From the IMG/VR virus record IMGVR_UViG_3300005573_000069, positions 37,034 through 101,033 of that record: a stretch of 64,000 bases of DNA. One strand, given 5' to 3'. The notes under the pieces are model-generated. The model had not been told where the DNA came from, ran no database searches, and saw only the letters and a program-made list of their open reading frames with translations. Within the stretch, counting starts at the first letter, position 1. Every line of letters starts with the position of its first letter. Position numbers and translations under genes: made by a program. This DNA comes from a virus. Below are positions 38,039 through 47,560 of the stretch, piece after piece.

Positions 38039-38118
38039 TCGTCTTTCATCTCCGGCCTAAAGGCCGGGGTCTTCCCGGCGGTTTCGAATAAAAATTAATT
38101 ATAAGGAGGAATTAGTAT

Positions 38119-38667
38119 ATGCCTGCTAATGGAATGCCAACTGGTACGATTCACACTATGGTTCGTTTGGACAAGGTTCGCGCGGGTTATGATGGCAACA
38201 TTGTGACTCTTGTGAATGCGAACGCTGATATGGACAATGGTTCAGTATGTCATGTGGGCGATTTGGTTTCTGGTCAGACACAGGAATATCAGGTGGTACA
38301 GCCTACTTCCACCAGTATTCTTAATACTCCAATTGTTTTAATCAAGAGTGCTGAATTTACTGGCCCTGCCTACTATCCCAATACCACTCTTAAGGATTTC
38401 TACAATCCTCAAGGTCAACCTATGCGTGGTTATTTCCTTAATGTTGGTGATGAATTTACTATTACTACTACGGGGATTAGTGGAAATGCCGCCGTTGACA
38501 GTTATCTGGTCCCCACTGCTGGTAGTTATATGTTGAGCGTTGTTCCTAATCTTTCCGGTAATACTCGTTTTGCTGCTGTAATTACAAATGCGAATGCTTA
38601 TTTTGGTTATACGGGATCTGGTCTTACTCAACAGGCTGCTGTGACCGCCCGTGTTGTCCAGGCTTAA
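38119..38667 (+). CDS. head decoration/capsid-associated protein (YonC-like)
   Basis: Precedes MCP; DMDNG..V pattern. Confidence 0.65.
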   Translation: MPANGMPTGTIHTMVRLDKVRAGYDGNIVTLVNANADMDNGSVCHVGDLVSGQTQEYQVVQPTSTSILNTPIVLIKSAEFTGPAYYPNTTLKDFYNPQGQPMRGYFLNVGDEFTITTTGISGNAAVDSYLVPTAGSYMLSVVPNLSGNTRFAAVITNANAYFGYTGSGLTQQAAVTARVVQA

Positions 38668-38698
38668 TTAAATTAAGAGAAAAGGAGGAATTGAATAC

Positions 38699-39766
38699 AT
38701 GAGTACACGTCAGATGTCAGATATCGCTAAGATGGGTTATGATTTGTACTTTGGTGCGAAACAGCCCGAACGGCTTAAGTTTTCTTATGATGAATCCCAA
38801 CATATATTTGTAAAAGCTATTATTGATAAAGCTGCTGAGATGTCTGGTATTCCTTTTAAGTATGAGGGTAAACTAGATTACCGTCACGTATTTTCAAATC
38901 CTACGTTTAAGCATAATTTCTATAACCTAGTGGTAGAAACTTTGGAATCTATTATTCCTAATGTGATAATTAGTACATATGATAATTTTGTGGATGTTAA
39001 GAATCTGAATTTTGGCGAAAAGCCTATATTCCGTATTGATTCTCCTAATCTGTTCGTAGTTTCAAGAACTGCCTTTGGTAATACTAACGTAACACGTCAA
39101 AAGCTTGACAATCGGGTTTTGGAACTCAATCCAGTAGCGCGTATTGTTAAGATTGGCGAAGATTTGTACAATGTACTTTCCGGTAATTCACCTTGGGATG
39201 TGTGGGTAAATAAGGTTGGCATGTCAATTGTTGCTCAGATTAAACTCGACATTTACAATACTCTTGTAAACTCTTTTGATGCTACGAATGCTAACTTTAT
39301 GTATCAGGGAGCTTTTTCCGCAACTACATTTAACACAATTGTACAGCGCGTTCGTGCAGCTACTGGTGGATTACAGCCTGTATGCTTTGGTACTCGGCTT
39401 GCTTTAGCGCAAGTTCTACCTCTAAATGGTTGGAGTCCGCCTAACGGTTATCCTGGTTTCATGTCTCCAAATATGATGGATGAATATAATACTGGTGGTT
39501 ATCTTGGTCGGTTTATGGGTACTCCTCTTATCGAAGTTGACGCTGCTGTTGCATGGGATGGCAGTTACAATTTCCTGACCAATGATAACTTCCTGTATAT
39601 TACGACTACTGCCGATAAGCCCGTCAAACTTGCTTTCGCTGGTCCGATGCTTATGTTTGACAATATGGCGAATCTACCGCAGGATCAGGTATTCGAGCTT
39701 TCTACGCAACAGGCGTGGGATTTGGGTATTTTGACTGCGGCTCCTTATGGTATCTACATGCTATAA
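38699..39766 (+). CDS. major capsid protein (YonB-like)
   Basis: 355 aa, position, GYLGRFMGTPLIE. Confidence 0.8.
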   Translation: MSTRQMSDIAKMGYDLYFGAKQPERLKFSYDESQHIFVKAIIDKAAEMSGIPFKYEGKLDYRHVFSNPTFKHNFYNLVVETLESIIPNVIISTYDNFVDVKNLNFGEKPIFRIDSPNLFVVSRTAFGNTNVTRQKLDNRVLELNPVARIVKIGEDLYNVLSGNSPWDVWVNKVGMSIVAQIKLDIYNTLVNSFDATNANFMYQGAFSATTFNTIVQRVRAATGGLQPVCFGTRLALAQVLPLNGWSPPNGYPGFMSPNMMDEYNTGGYLGRFMGTPLIEVDAAVAWDGSYNFLTNDNFLYITTTADKPVKLAFAGPMLMFDNMANLPQDQVFELSTQQAWDLGILTAAPYGIYML

Positions 39767-39774
39767 TATATCGT

Positions 39775-39800
39775 GGGGTGAAGATTGACTTCTTCACCCC
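39775..39800 (+). terminator. hairpin after MCP
   Basis: GGGGTGAAG..CTTCACCCC followed by pyrimidines. Confidence 0.55.
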
Positions 39801-39835
39801 TTCTCACCTTTCAAAAATATTCAGGAGGGATTGTT

Positions 39836-40324
39836 TTGCCACGCAAGGCTTCCAGTAAAAATTCTGCCAATGAAGTAAATTTAACTGAAACTGCTTTTGT
39901 TGTAAGTAACACCATGGGTGGCGTTGTTCTCGTTGATCCGAATACTCGCCGCGAATGGCATATTGAGTCGTATGGGAAAAGGAGAGCTTTTCCAATTGGC
40001 GATCTACTAAATATTCTCTCTGAACAATCGTCCACTTTTCAAGAGGGATTTGCGTATGTGGACGCGGATGAACGTGTGCTTAATTACTTAGGACTTCAGG
40101 AAGTTGATAAATTGATCGTTAAGCCGGGTGACGTAGATAAATTTCTCTCTTTACCGGAATCTGAATTAAAAGATCGTTGTCAACAAATGCCATTAGGTAT
40201 GAAAATTACAATGATCAAAATATTAAGAGAAAAGGTTAAAAATAAGGATAAACTTCTTGATTCATATGGTAAAATCAAGTTTTTTGAAGAGGTTTTCAAT
40301 ACTAAATTGACTGAAGCGGTCTAA
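39836..40324 (+). CDS. hypothetical virion-module protein (YonA-like)
   Basis: TTG start after AGGAGG. Confidence 0.7.
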   Translation: MPRKASSKNSANEVNLTETAFVVSNTMGGVVLVDPNTRREWHIESYGKRRAFPIGDLLNILSEQSSTFQEGFAYVDADERVLNYLGLQEVDKLIVKPGDVDKFLSLPESELKDRCQQMPLGMKITMIKILREKVKNKDKLLDSYGKIKFFEEVFNTKLTEAV

Positions 40325-40329
40325 AGAAG

Positions 40330-40776
40330 GTGGTGTTGTTGCCTACACCTTATTCAACGATTTATCAATCTTTTTCAAATAAAATTAACGACCCTGTTTT
40401 GGCAACATTAACTCAGCCTAACCAGGAGTCGATTATGCACACTTATTTATTTGCTGCCGTTCCAAAATTTATAAAATGTCAGACTGACTTGACTTCATAC
40501 GATGACACTCTTCAACAATTCAACAATACTTTATCGCCTCTGGAAATTGAAATATTGGCTAAAAAAATGGTTTTGGAGTGGTTGGAACCACAAATCCAAA
40601 GTATTTACATGGTTAAGCAACTAATGAACAGTTCAGACTTTAAGATTTATTCCCAGGCGCAACATTTGCATGAATTAGAAAACTTTCGCAAGAGACTGTA
40701 TGTTGAAATTGATGATTTGACGGTTCAATATACCTATAATTATGCGCCAAATGCTTTTCAGAATCTAGCTTTGTAG
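40330..40776 (+). CDS. head-tail adaptor-like protein
   Basis: TPYSTIY..F..KI.D; SDFKIYSQA.HL pattern; synteny. Confidence 0.65.
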   Translation: MVLLPTPYSTIYQSFSNKINDPVLATLTQPNQESIMHTYLFAAVPKFIKCQTDLTSYDDTLQQFNNTLSPLEIEILAKKMVLEWLEPQIQSIYMVKQLMNSSDFKIYSQAQHLHELENFRKRLYVEIDDLTVQYTYNYAPNAFQNLAL

Positions 40777-40795
40777 AAAGGAGGTAGTTTGACTT

Positions 40796-42031
40796 ATGTC
40801 GTATTTCAATAACTACCTCCTTCGTACATCTGTAGAAGGTACAACTACTCAGCAACAAGATGAATATTGGCTTCAGCAAAAAGTTAACGAAGTGTTCCCT
40901 TATTCGCCCGATATATATACTGTAACATATAAAGGAACGCCTGTAACCGTTCGTTTATTTAATGAGAAGGCTGCTGGCGGTCTTACTCATATCAAAGATG
41001 ATTTCAGGCGTGTCCTATTTCAAAACATACAACAAGTGGTTAATCTTGGTGACTATATCACTTTTGGTGGTTTTGATTGGCTATGCACGGACACGAATAG
41101 TATTAACCGCTTGATTAACTACTACACATTTAGGCGATGCAATACAAAGATTAGCTGGATAGATCCAAATGGAGTAATACAAACCTATTCCGCTATTGCA
41201 GAGACACTTACAAACAAACGTGAAGAATTGAAGGAATGGAAATTTATCGAGACCGTATTTGGTAAAATGCTTATGAGTATTCCATACGATTCAAATACCT
41301 CTCAAATATATGAAAAGCAACGCTTCATTGTAAATAATCGTGCTTATATTGTATCATATGTGGACAATTACACTTATGTTAAAAATGGTGTTGGTCTTAT
41401 TGCCTTAGCGTTAGAAAATGACCAAATTAATCCTATCTTTGACAACCTAACGTTAGGTATAGCAAATTATTATAATAGCCAACAATCTTTTAGTATTGTG
41501 ATAAATAATGGCACTAGCGCGTCAATAGGAGTAAACGAGACTTTACAACTAAATGTAAGCGTTTATGATAATGGTGCTTTAGTCTCCAATCCAATTATTA
41601 CTTATTCAACAAACAATTCGGCTATTGCTATCGTATCCGCTTCGGGATTAGTAACCGGAGTAGCATTGGGTAATTGCACCATAACAGTTTCAAGTTATAA
41701 TGTCAATGCAACTATTTCTATAAATGTGGTTTCCGCTTCGCAGAACAATTATTCATGCACCATAACTGGTAATAACCAGGTGCTTATAAATCAGACACAG
41801 CAATATACCGTTACTTTCTATAACAACGGTGTTGCTGATAATGACGTTGCCTCTCAATGGTGGTTGACTGCTTCGGATGGAGTAAGTCAGACATCCTTAG
41901 CAGCTTTGTCATTTAGTGGAAATAATGCAACATTGGTAATGGGCTCACAGCCCGGAGGCATCAAATTGTGGGTAAAAGATGCTTCTGGTGTAAGTACAAG
42001 TTTGCCCATTACGATAAATAATTTGTGGTAA
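40796..42031 (+). CDS. head-closure/neck protein with Ig-like (Big_2) domains
   Basis: TYSTNNSAIAIVSASGLVTGVALGNCTITV. Confidence 0.7.
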   Translation: MSYFNNYLLRTSVEGTTTQQQDEYWLQQKVNEVFPYSPDIYTVTYKGTPVTVRLFNEKAAGGLTHIKDDFRRVLFQNIQQVVNLGDYITFGGFDWLCTDTNSINRLINYYTFRRCNTKISWIDPNGVIQTYSAIAETLTNKREELKEWKFIETVFGKMLMSIPYDSNTSQIYEKQRFIVNNRAYIVSYVDNYTYVKNGVGLIALALENDQINPIFDNLTLGIANYYNSQQSFSIVINNGTSASIGVNETLQLNVSVYDNGALVSNPIITYSTNNSAIAIVSASGLVTGVALGNCTITVSSYNVNATISINVVSASQNNYSCTITGNNQVLINQTQQYTVTFYNNGVADNDVASQWWLTASDGVSQTSLAALSFSGNNATLVMGSQPGGIKLWVKDASGVSTSLPITINNLW

Positions 42032-42045
42032 TTAGGTGGTGACCG

Positions 42046-42546
42046 ATGAGCTATAAATTCAATTATGTTGAAACTAATCTTTCTAATATATTACAACTTA
42101 TTTTGGGCAATCAAAATATATTAAGATATATCTACTACCTGGACAGCAATCCTCTTGATCCATCTAAACCTAATATAGATGTTAATAAAGTAAACCCGGT
42201 TAATAGTACGATATATCTGCTTCCTCATGATCCGACAGTTATTTCTCAAGATGCGGTAAAACTATTTATAAATCCTCACGTAGGTAATTTAAAAAATACA
42301 CCCAATCAAGGGCAGGCAATAGAAACGTATTTAATTGACATAGTTGTACCGAATGCAATGTGGCTTTTGTCAGGACAGGCTAAGATAAGACCATTCAGAA
42401 TTGCGAATGAGATAGCCTCAATGATTGATGGTCAGCCCATTGCAGGGACTCGTAAAACTTATATTGATAAGTATCAAGTGATTTCACTTGATGACAGAAT
42501 TTCTGCCCTGATTCTATGGGTTACGATATACACACCTAACTTTTAG
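42046..42546 (+). CDS. tail completion/terminator-like protein
   Basis: Synteny with SPbeta-like tail genes. Confidence 0.55.
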   Translation: MSYKFNYVETNLSNILQLILGNQNILRYIYYLDSNPLDPSKPNIDVNKVNPVNSTIYLLPHDPTVISQDAVKLFINPHVGNLKNTPNQGQAIETYLIDIVVPNAMWLLSGQAKIRPFRIANEIASMIDGQPIAGTRKTYIDKYQVISLDDRISALILWVTIYTPNF

Positions 42547-42557
42547 GTGGTGTAGAA

Positions 42558-43256
42558 GTGCAAGATATTCAGGATTTCTATATTTTAGGTTTACCTATTG
42601 ATACATCTATCGGTAAGTGCCACTTTGTAAAAGTTAGGGATTATCCTGACTTTTTGGTTTTCCAAAGACTTCTGTTAATCAATAAGGATAAAATGATGAA
42701 AATATTTAAGGACAATAGCGATTGTGACGACGAAATGTTGGAAATTATTAAACAAACACATGAGTTATACGACTTTATAAAAATGATGCCCGAATTGGAT
42801 CAATTATATAATCAATTGTTCCAATTTGTATTTAAACAAAGTGTATATTCTAAGGTTGATTCATCTAATTTTGATTATTTTAGAAAATTAATTATGACAA
42901 TGAATTGTATTGAAGAGGAAGAAGTTAATCCTAATCCAGAAATCCAAGCGTGGATTGAGAAGTCGAGACAATTTTTTAACAAGGACAAAGTCAGTTTTGA
43001 AGATATTGTGTCTTGTGTTGTAGCTTATACGGGTCATACGTATATTGAAGTGAATGAAATGACCATCTACCAATTATTTATGACATTCCAACGTATAAGT
43101 GCAATTATTGCATACAATACCACTACTTTGTTTCGTACTGTTTCTAATGATGTCAATGTGGAATCGTGGGCGAAGCATATTAATCTATTTGAAAGGCGTG
43201 GCTATGGGGTTGACGAATATAAATTTGGTAGGGTTAAGCAAATTCTGAAGTCTTAG
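42558..43256 (+). CDS. virion morphogenesis protein
   Basis: G.PIDTSIG.C.F.KV.DY; synteny. Confidence 0.6.
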   Translation: MQDIQDFYILGLPIDTSIGKCHFVKVRDYPDFLVFQRLLLINKDKMMKIFKDNSDCDDEMLEIIKQTHELYDFIKMMPELDQLYNQLFQFVFKQSVYSKVDSSNFDYFRKLIMTMNCIEEEEVNPNPEIQAWIEKSRQFFNKDKVSFEDIVSCVVAYTGHTYIEVNEMTIYQLFMTFQRISAIIAYNTTTLFRTVSNDVNVESWAKHINLFERRGYGVDEYKFGRVKQILKS

Positions 43257-43274
43257 AAATAAGGAGGTTGTTTT

Positions 43275-44009
43275 ATGAATACAATTATTTTTGATGTGTG
43301 TGATGTGGTAGGTCGTAGGTTATCCGACAACAAAATTGTATTTACTGGTACTGCTCAAACAACGGATATTACGTCTAAAGTTAAAGAAGAAAAACTTTAT
43401 GGTGGTATAGGATCACAATTGGTAGCTGTTTACCAAAATGAAAGAGATATCGAATTAAAGGTTCAAGAGGTTGTTTTTGACACGACTTATTTAGAAATGG
43501 CCTATGGTAGCGATTTTGTGGAAGGTCAGACGGCTATTGTGTGGAACAAAGAAAACAATTTAACTATTAGTGGTAATGCTCTTCCGATTCAGGGCACTCC
43601 CATGACTGGTTCACTTATTGCGGTTATTGACCAATATGGTCGTAGATATACTGGCACATACGCTGCTGGCACGATTACTGTTTCAGGTTCTATTCCTCCG
43701 AGTGTTACAAACGCTGGCGGTTGGACCGCTTTGTATCAAATTCAAACTACAACCGCAAATACTCTGAATCTGGATGCGACTAAGTTTGGTCAAAACTTTG
43801 CGTTAGAGTTTCACACTATTGGTCATTCGGTGACTAACCAAGTTGTTGCCGATTATTATTTCCAGTTTGCTAATGCGCAACCACAGGGTAATTTTGCTAT
43901 TACTTTACAAAATGGTAAAGCAAAGGCTCCTGAACTTACTTTTACTGCGTTGACTGCTCCTGGTTCCAATTCTTTTGGTACATTTGTTGAAGTCCCACGG
44001 ATTTCGTAA
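43275..44009 (+). CDS. major tail tube protein
   Basis: Position, size, APELTFTAL; followed by terminator. Confidence 0.65.
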   Translation: MNTIIFDVCDVVGRRLSDNKIVFTGTAQTTDITSKVKEEKLYGGIGSQLVAVYQNERDIELKVQEVVFDTTYLEMAYGSDFVEGQTAIVWNKENNLTISGNALPIQGTPMTGSLIAVIDQYGRRYTGTYAAGTITVSGSIPPSVTNAGGWTALYQIQTTTANTLNLDATKFGQNFALEFHTIGHSVTNQVVADYYFQFANAQPQGNFAITLQNGKAKAPELTFTALTAPGSNSFGTFVEVPRIS

Positions 44010-44016
44010 TTACATT

Positions 44017-44056
44017 GGGCAAGAATAATTAAGTTCTTGCCCACCTTCTTTTTGCC
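44017..44056 (+). terminator. intrinsic terminator
   Basis: GGGCAAGAA..TTCTTGCCC with downstream T-run. Confidence 0.6.
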
Positions 44057-44089
44057 TAGCAAAAACCGATTTTATTTGGAGGTAAATTT

Positions 44090-44590
44090 ATGATTACAAA
44101 ACTTTCATCTTTGTATAAGAAAATAACTAAGAATCACATTCAAAAAAGAAAAATTATTGAGATTTTGAATATACCTGCGCATCTTGAACGGGAGACTACA
44201 AAAGAATTTTTAAACGCCAAGAACGAATTAGAAAATATTGAACATCTTCCCTGCTACATTTGCAAGTCAACTAAGGATTTAGAATGTCATCATATTTATG
44301 AAAGAAGTATGTGGAACGCTTTAGATTTGAAGTTAATTGCTCATTATTTGTTCAATCATTTTGATTTTTACGGTCATTGTAAGAGAGATTTCAAGACTGA
44401 AGATGAATTATTAGCCTTTTTGACCAATCTTTCTGAAAATGATAGGCCGGATGTGCTATATAATCAATTGATTCTTTGCGAAAAGCACCATCGGGCGCAA
44501 AGTGTAGGAATTCATTGGATGTCCGCACCGTCTTTTATGGCATGGTTAGCTAGAAAAGAAGGTTTTGAGGTTACCTTACCAATCAAATAA
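44090..44590 (+). CDS. HNH-like/Zn-binding protein
   Basis: CYIC..ECHH..LCEKHH..GIH. Confidence 0.55.
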   Translation: MITKLSSLYKKITKNHIQKRKIIEILNIPAHLERETTKEFLNAKNELENIEHLPCYICKSTKDLECHHIYERSMWNALDLKLIAHYLFNHFDFYGHCKRDFKTEDELLAFLTNLSENDRPDVLYNQLILCEKHHRAQSVGIHWMSAPSFMAWLARKEGFEVTLPIK

Positions 44591-44599
44591 GGAGGGTTT

Positions 44600-45049
44600 T
44601 TGGTGGCTAAAAAGTTAACGTTATCTGTTATTGAAAAGGAAAACAAAAAGTTTCTTGAAAAACAAAAGATTGAATTTGATAATGGTGAGTATTATTTGAT
44701 GCTCGATAAGCACTTTTCTCCTAAGAAAATTACATCATTATTGCATGAATTTAATGAGAAAAACTTGTATATTCGTGAGAAAGGAATAGATCCATCTGAT
44801 TTTGACCATGTATCTTATTTTTGGTTTTTGACAATTAAGTATTTTACTGATTTGGGTGAGACTATCCCGGACGAATTGGAGCAGCAGTTATTCATTATGG
44901 ATCAGTTATTGGACGGTAATTACTTCTGGCGCATTATAGGTGCTTTTAATGATGAACAAATGAATACCCTGTCTGATTACTTATCTCGTTATATTTCGAA
45001 TATGAGTACGTTATTTAATACGGTTGCTCCAGAAAGTGTGGCTGGCTAA
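44600..45049 (+). CDS. tail assembly chaperone-like protein
   Basis: KKLTLS.I...NKK; position. Confidence 0.55.
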   Translation: MVAKKLTLSVIEKENKKFLEKQKIEFDNGEYYLMLDKHFSPKKITSLLHEFNEKNLYIREKGIDPSDFDHVSYFWFLTIKYFTDLGETIPDELEQQLFIMDQLLDGNYFWRIIGAFNDEQMNTLSDYLSRYISNMSTLFNTVAPESVAG

Positions 45050-45051
45050 AT

Positions 45052-45579
45052 ATGGATTCGTTTGATGGTGAAGATGTCTTTGAAAGCGCGGAAGAATTAT
45101 CAAATACTATAGAGGATAATGCAGGTAATTATCTTTTAGGGTATGATGAAGGTATTAAGATTTTGCAGGAGCAAGCCGAGATACTTGCGGAATTGATACG
45201 TGAGGAGATTCAGAATTATTACAACAGTTACACTCCAAAAGTTTACCATCCGCGCACTTACAATTGGCTGAATGCTGTAGAAGTTACTCCTGTAATTGAG
45301 GCTGGCGAATATTTACAAATAGATGTAACATTTAATGATCCTCTTGCCAATCACCCTTCTTTATTTGGTGGTGAGGAAGGCTATGTTCCGTGGTTATTTG
45401 AAGCAGGTTGGCATTGGGGCGATGAAGCTCGATCAAAAATAAAGAATCATGCCAAAATGATATATATGTTATCTGATTTCGATGGTTCTCATTATTTTTC
45501 CAATGCTGTAAGGCGGTACAATGAGCAAAACGAATACGGTATTGTAGCAATACCGTACCATAATGGTGAGCCTTTTTAA
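45052..45579 (+). CDS. hypothetical tail-module protein
   Basis: YTPKVY.PRTY pattern. Confidence 0.65.
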   Translation: MDSFDGEDVFESAEELSNTIEDNAGNYLLGYDEGIKILQEQAEILAELIREEIQNYYNSYTPKVYHPRTYNWLNAVEVTPVIEAGEYLQIDVTFNDPLANHPSLFGGEEGYVPWLFEAGWHWGDEARSKIKNHAKMIYMLSDFDGSHYFSNAVRRYNEQNEYGIVAIPYHNGEPF

Positions 45580-45585
45580 ATTTTA

Positions 45586-45741
45586 CTATTTCTTTTTCCT
45601 CCGGTACTTTTCATCTCGCCTTACGAAAAACCAAAAGAAAGAAAAGAATGGGAATGGTAGTCTGCCCAATGGCCCGTTTTTGAACAAAAATCGTTTGGGG
45701 CTAATTGGGTGGTGATGGTGGTGATGGTACGGTGCCATCAT
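45586..45741 (-). CDS. 51-aa His6-containing peptide, antisense to the tail operon
   Basis: MMAPYHHHHHHP...; AAGGAGG RBS and its own promoter. Confidence 0.6.
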   Translation of the reverse strand: MMAPYHHHHHHPISPKRFLFKNGPLGRLPFPFFSFFWFFVRRDEKYRRKKK

Positions 45742-45764
45742 TATTCTCGCCTCCTTTTTCCTTG

Positions 45765-45793
45765 AGTATACCAAAATATTTTAACATTGTCAA
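45765..45793 (-). promoter_or_regulatory. sigma-A promoter for the His-rich peptide
   Basis: TTGACA-17-TATACT. Confidence 0.75.
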
Positions 45794-45805
45794 GGGGGAT
45801 TTATA

Positions 45806-46822
45806 GTGGGTCACGACCGTGGAAGAGTTTACAACAAAATTTATTCTAGACAAGAATATGAATTGGTGAATCCATTCAACAAACATCTTCTGGAAGATTT
45901 CTTAGAGGAATATAAACAACGTAAGATTAAGCCTTCTACCATTCTTCAATACGAAAATGATTTACGTATTATTCTAGTGCATATAAAAAACAACTTTGAA
46001 AATAGGTCTATTTTGGAATTAACTAAAAAGGATTTTAGGAAAATTTCCTTGTGGCTGACAGAGGATCTAAAGTTGTCTAATGCGCGTGTAAATAGAATGT
46101 TGAGCGTCATTAGGTCATTACTTAGTTATGCTGAGGACGATGATGAATATGACTATGATAACAATGTAGCTCGAAAGGTAAAAGGGCTCCCGAAGGAGCC
46201 CGTAAAAACAAATGAAGATGACTTCTATTTGTCTTTTGACCAGGTGATGCGTTTACGCGAAGAATTGATAAGACGTGGAAAATTGCAACAGGCAGTTTTG
46301 CTTATGTTAATGTTTGATTCTGGCGGCAGACGCTATGAAATTTATCAAGTGAAGAAGACTGGTTTGTTGAATGGTAATAAGACTAATGTGGTAATAGGTA
46401 AACGTGGCAAGGTATTTTCGTTGATATATCTTAATGATACTAAAGAATTAATTAGACAATATTTAGAGCAACGTGGTGATGATGATATTGAGTCACTATG
46501 GATAAATGTGGATGCTAACGGGAATAAAAAGACTGTAACTAGTCAGACTATTTATGAATGGGTAGTTCAGATGTCTAACATCTTAAGTGAATTGGAGGGT
46601 AAAACCATTAAGTTTTTCCCCCACAGTTTGAGGCATAGCCGTATCGAGTGTCTTTTACAAGGCACCGATACCAGGATAATTGATCCAGCAACTGGTAAAC
46701 CTAGAAAATTCACTTTGCAAGAATGTCAGTTATTTGCCCACCATGAAGATCCGAAGACTACCCAGGGATATACAAAAAATCATGCGGACGAAATAATTGA
46801 CAATATGTTTAACTTTTCTTAA
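45806..46822 (+). CDS. tyrosine recombinase (YomM-like)
   Basis: SGGRRYE, GKRGK, PHSLRHS, AHH, TTQGY. Confidence 0.9.
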   Translation: MGHDRGRVYNKIYSRQEYELVNPFNKHLLEDFLEEYKQRKIKPSTILQYENDLRIILVHIKNNFENRSILELTKKDFRKISLWLTEDLKLSNARVNRMLSVIRSLLSYAEDDDEYDYDNNVARKVKGLPKEPVKTNEDDFYLSFDQVMRLREELIRRGKLQQAVLLMLMFDSGGRRYEIYQVKKTGLLNGNKTNVVIGKRGKVFSLIYLNDTKELIRQYLEQRGDDDIESLWINVDANGNKKTVTSQTIYEWVVQMSNILSELEGKTIKFFPHSLRHSRIECLLQGTDTRIIDPATGKPRKFTLQECQLFAHHEDPKTTQGYTKNHADEIIDNMFNFS

Positions 46823-46851
46823 CGCTTGTTTTTTATTTTTCTTTTTCGTGC

Positions 46852-46880
46852 TTGACGGGACGTCTCCTTTTTGGTATAAT
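46852..46880 (+). promoter_or_regulatory. sigma-A promoter
   Basis: TTGACG-17-TATAAT. Confidence 0.75.
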
Positions 46881-46908
46881 GTTCAAAAATCTAAAGGAGA
46901 TGATTTTC

Positions 46909-47493
46909 ATGTCAGAGGAACCCAAGAAGGATTCTATTCCTGTCGGCAACGTAGTTAAGATTACTTTAATTGTCTTGGGCGTTGTGATCGCCGTTAATCT
47001 TGTTATTTTGGGTATTGTAGGGCTTGTGGGTTACATTCGATATCAACAGGTTCAAGCACAGGCACAACAACAATCTGAAGATGCGCTGGATGAGAGTTTT
47101 CATCCCACTGAACCTGATGGATTGAACATTAATCAAGATTTATGGAAGGCTGGTGAAGATGTTTACTCGTCGGCACATTTAGAGGTAGCAATATATGCAG
47201 GTGAAAATAACGATCCCAATAATAGATCCATACCTGGATTTCCTCCTGATTGTTCAACGTTTGTTGATTTTAAGAAAATGATCCCTAAAACTAAAGACGA
47301 GCAAAAATATGTTTCACAACTAGATCAGCTAATTCAATTGTATACACAGTTTTATAATGTGCGTAGTAAGGATACTTTCCCGTCTAGTTTATCATCAGAA
47401 GAGATCGCGCTGAAGAATAAATTTGTTGATTTAGATAAACAAATTGAACACGAGTACGGATTTGATAGAATGAGTTTGGTGCCAATCTACTAA
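46909..47493 (+). CDS. single-pass membrane protein (moron-like)
   Basis: TM segment ITLIVLGVVIAVNLVILGIVGLVGYI; own promoter and terminator. Confidence 0.7.
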   Translation: MSEEPKKDSIPVGNVVKITLIVLGVVIAVNLVILGIVGLVGYIRYQQVQAQAQQQSEDALDESFHPTEPDGLNINQDLWKAGEDVYSSAHLEVAIYAGENNDPNNRSIPGFPPDCSTFVDFKKMIPKTKDEQKYVSQLDQLIQLYTQFYNVRSKDTFPSSLSSEEIALKNKFVDLDKQIEHEYGFDRMSLVPIY

Positions 47494-47523
47494 AGTTTTG
47501 TTCACAAAGTGTTTTTGCTTTTC

Positions 47524-47552
47524 TAACTCCCGTATAGGGAGTTTTTCTTTTT
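47524..47552 (+). terminator. intrinsic terminator
   Basis: AACTCCC-GTATA-GGGAGTT plus T-run. Confidence 0.7.
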
Positions 47553-47560
47553 GGTGAAAG

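Larger units (their letters stand above)
36388..38087 (+). mobile_element. non-autonomous IS200/IS605-superfamily IscB (OMEGA) element
   Basis: Left end GTCAACTACC..hairpin; right-end hairpin CCGGCCTAAAGGCCGG; removing 36388-38087 restores ...KYKNKN-stop. Confidence 0.85.

Noticed and set aside
38696-38700. TACAT overlapping the MCP start codon
   Set aside because: Single occurrence with no adjacent hairpin; easily chance
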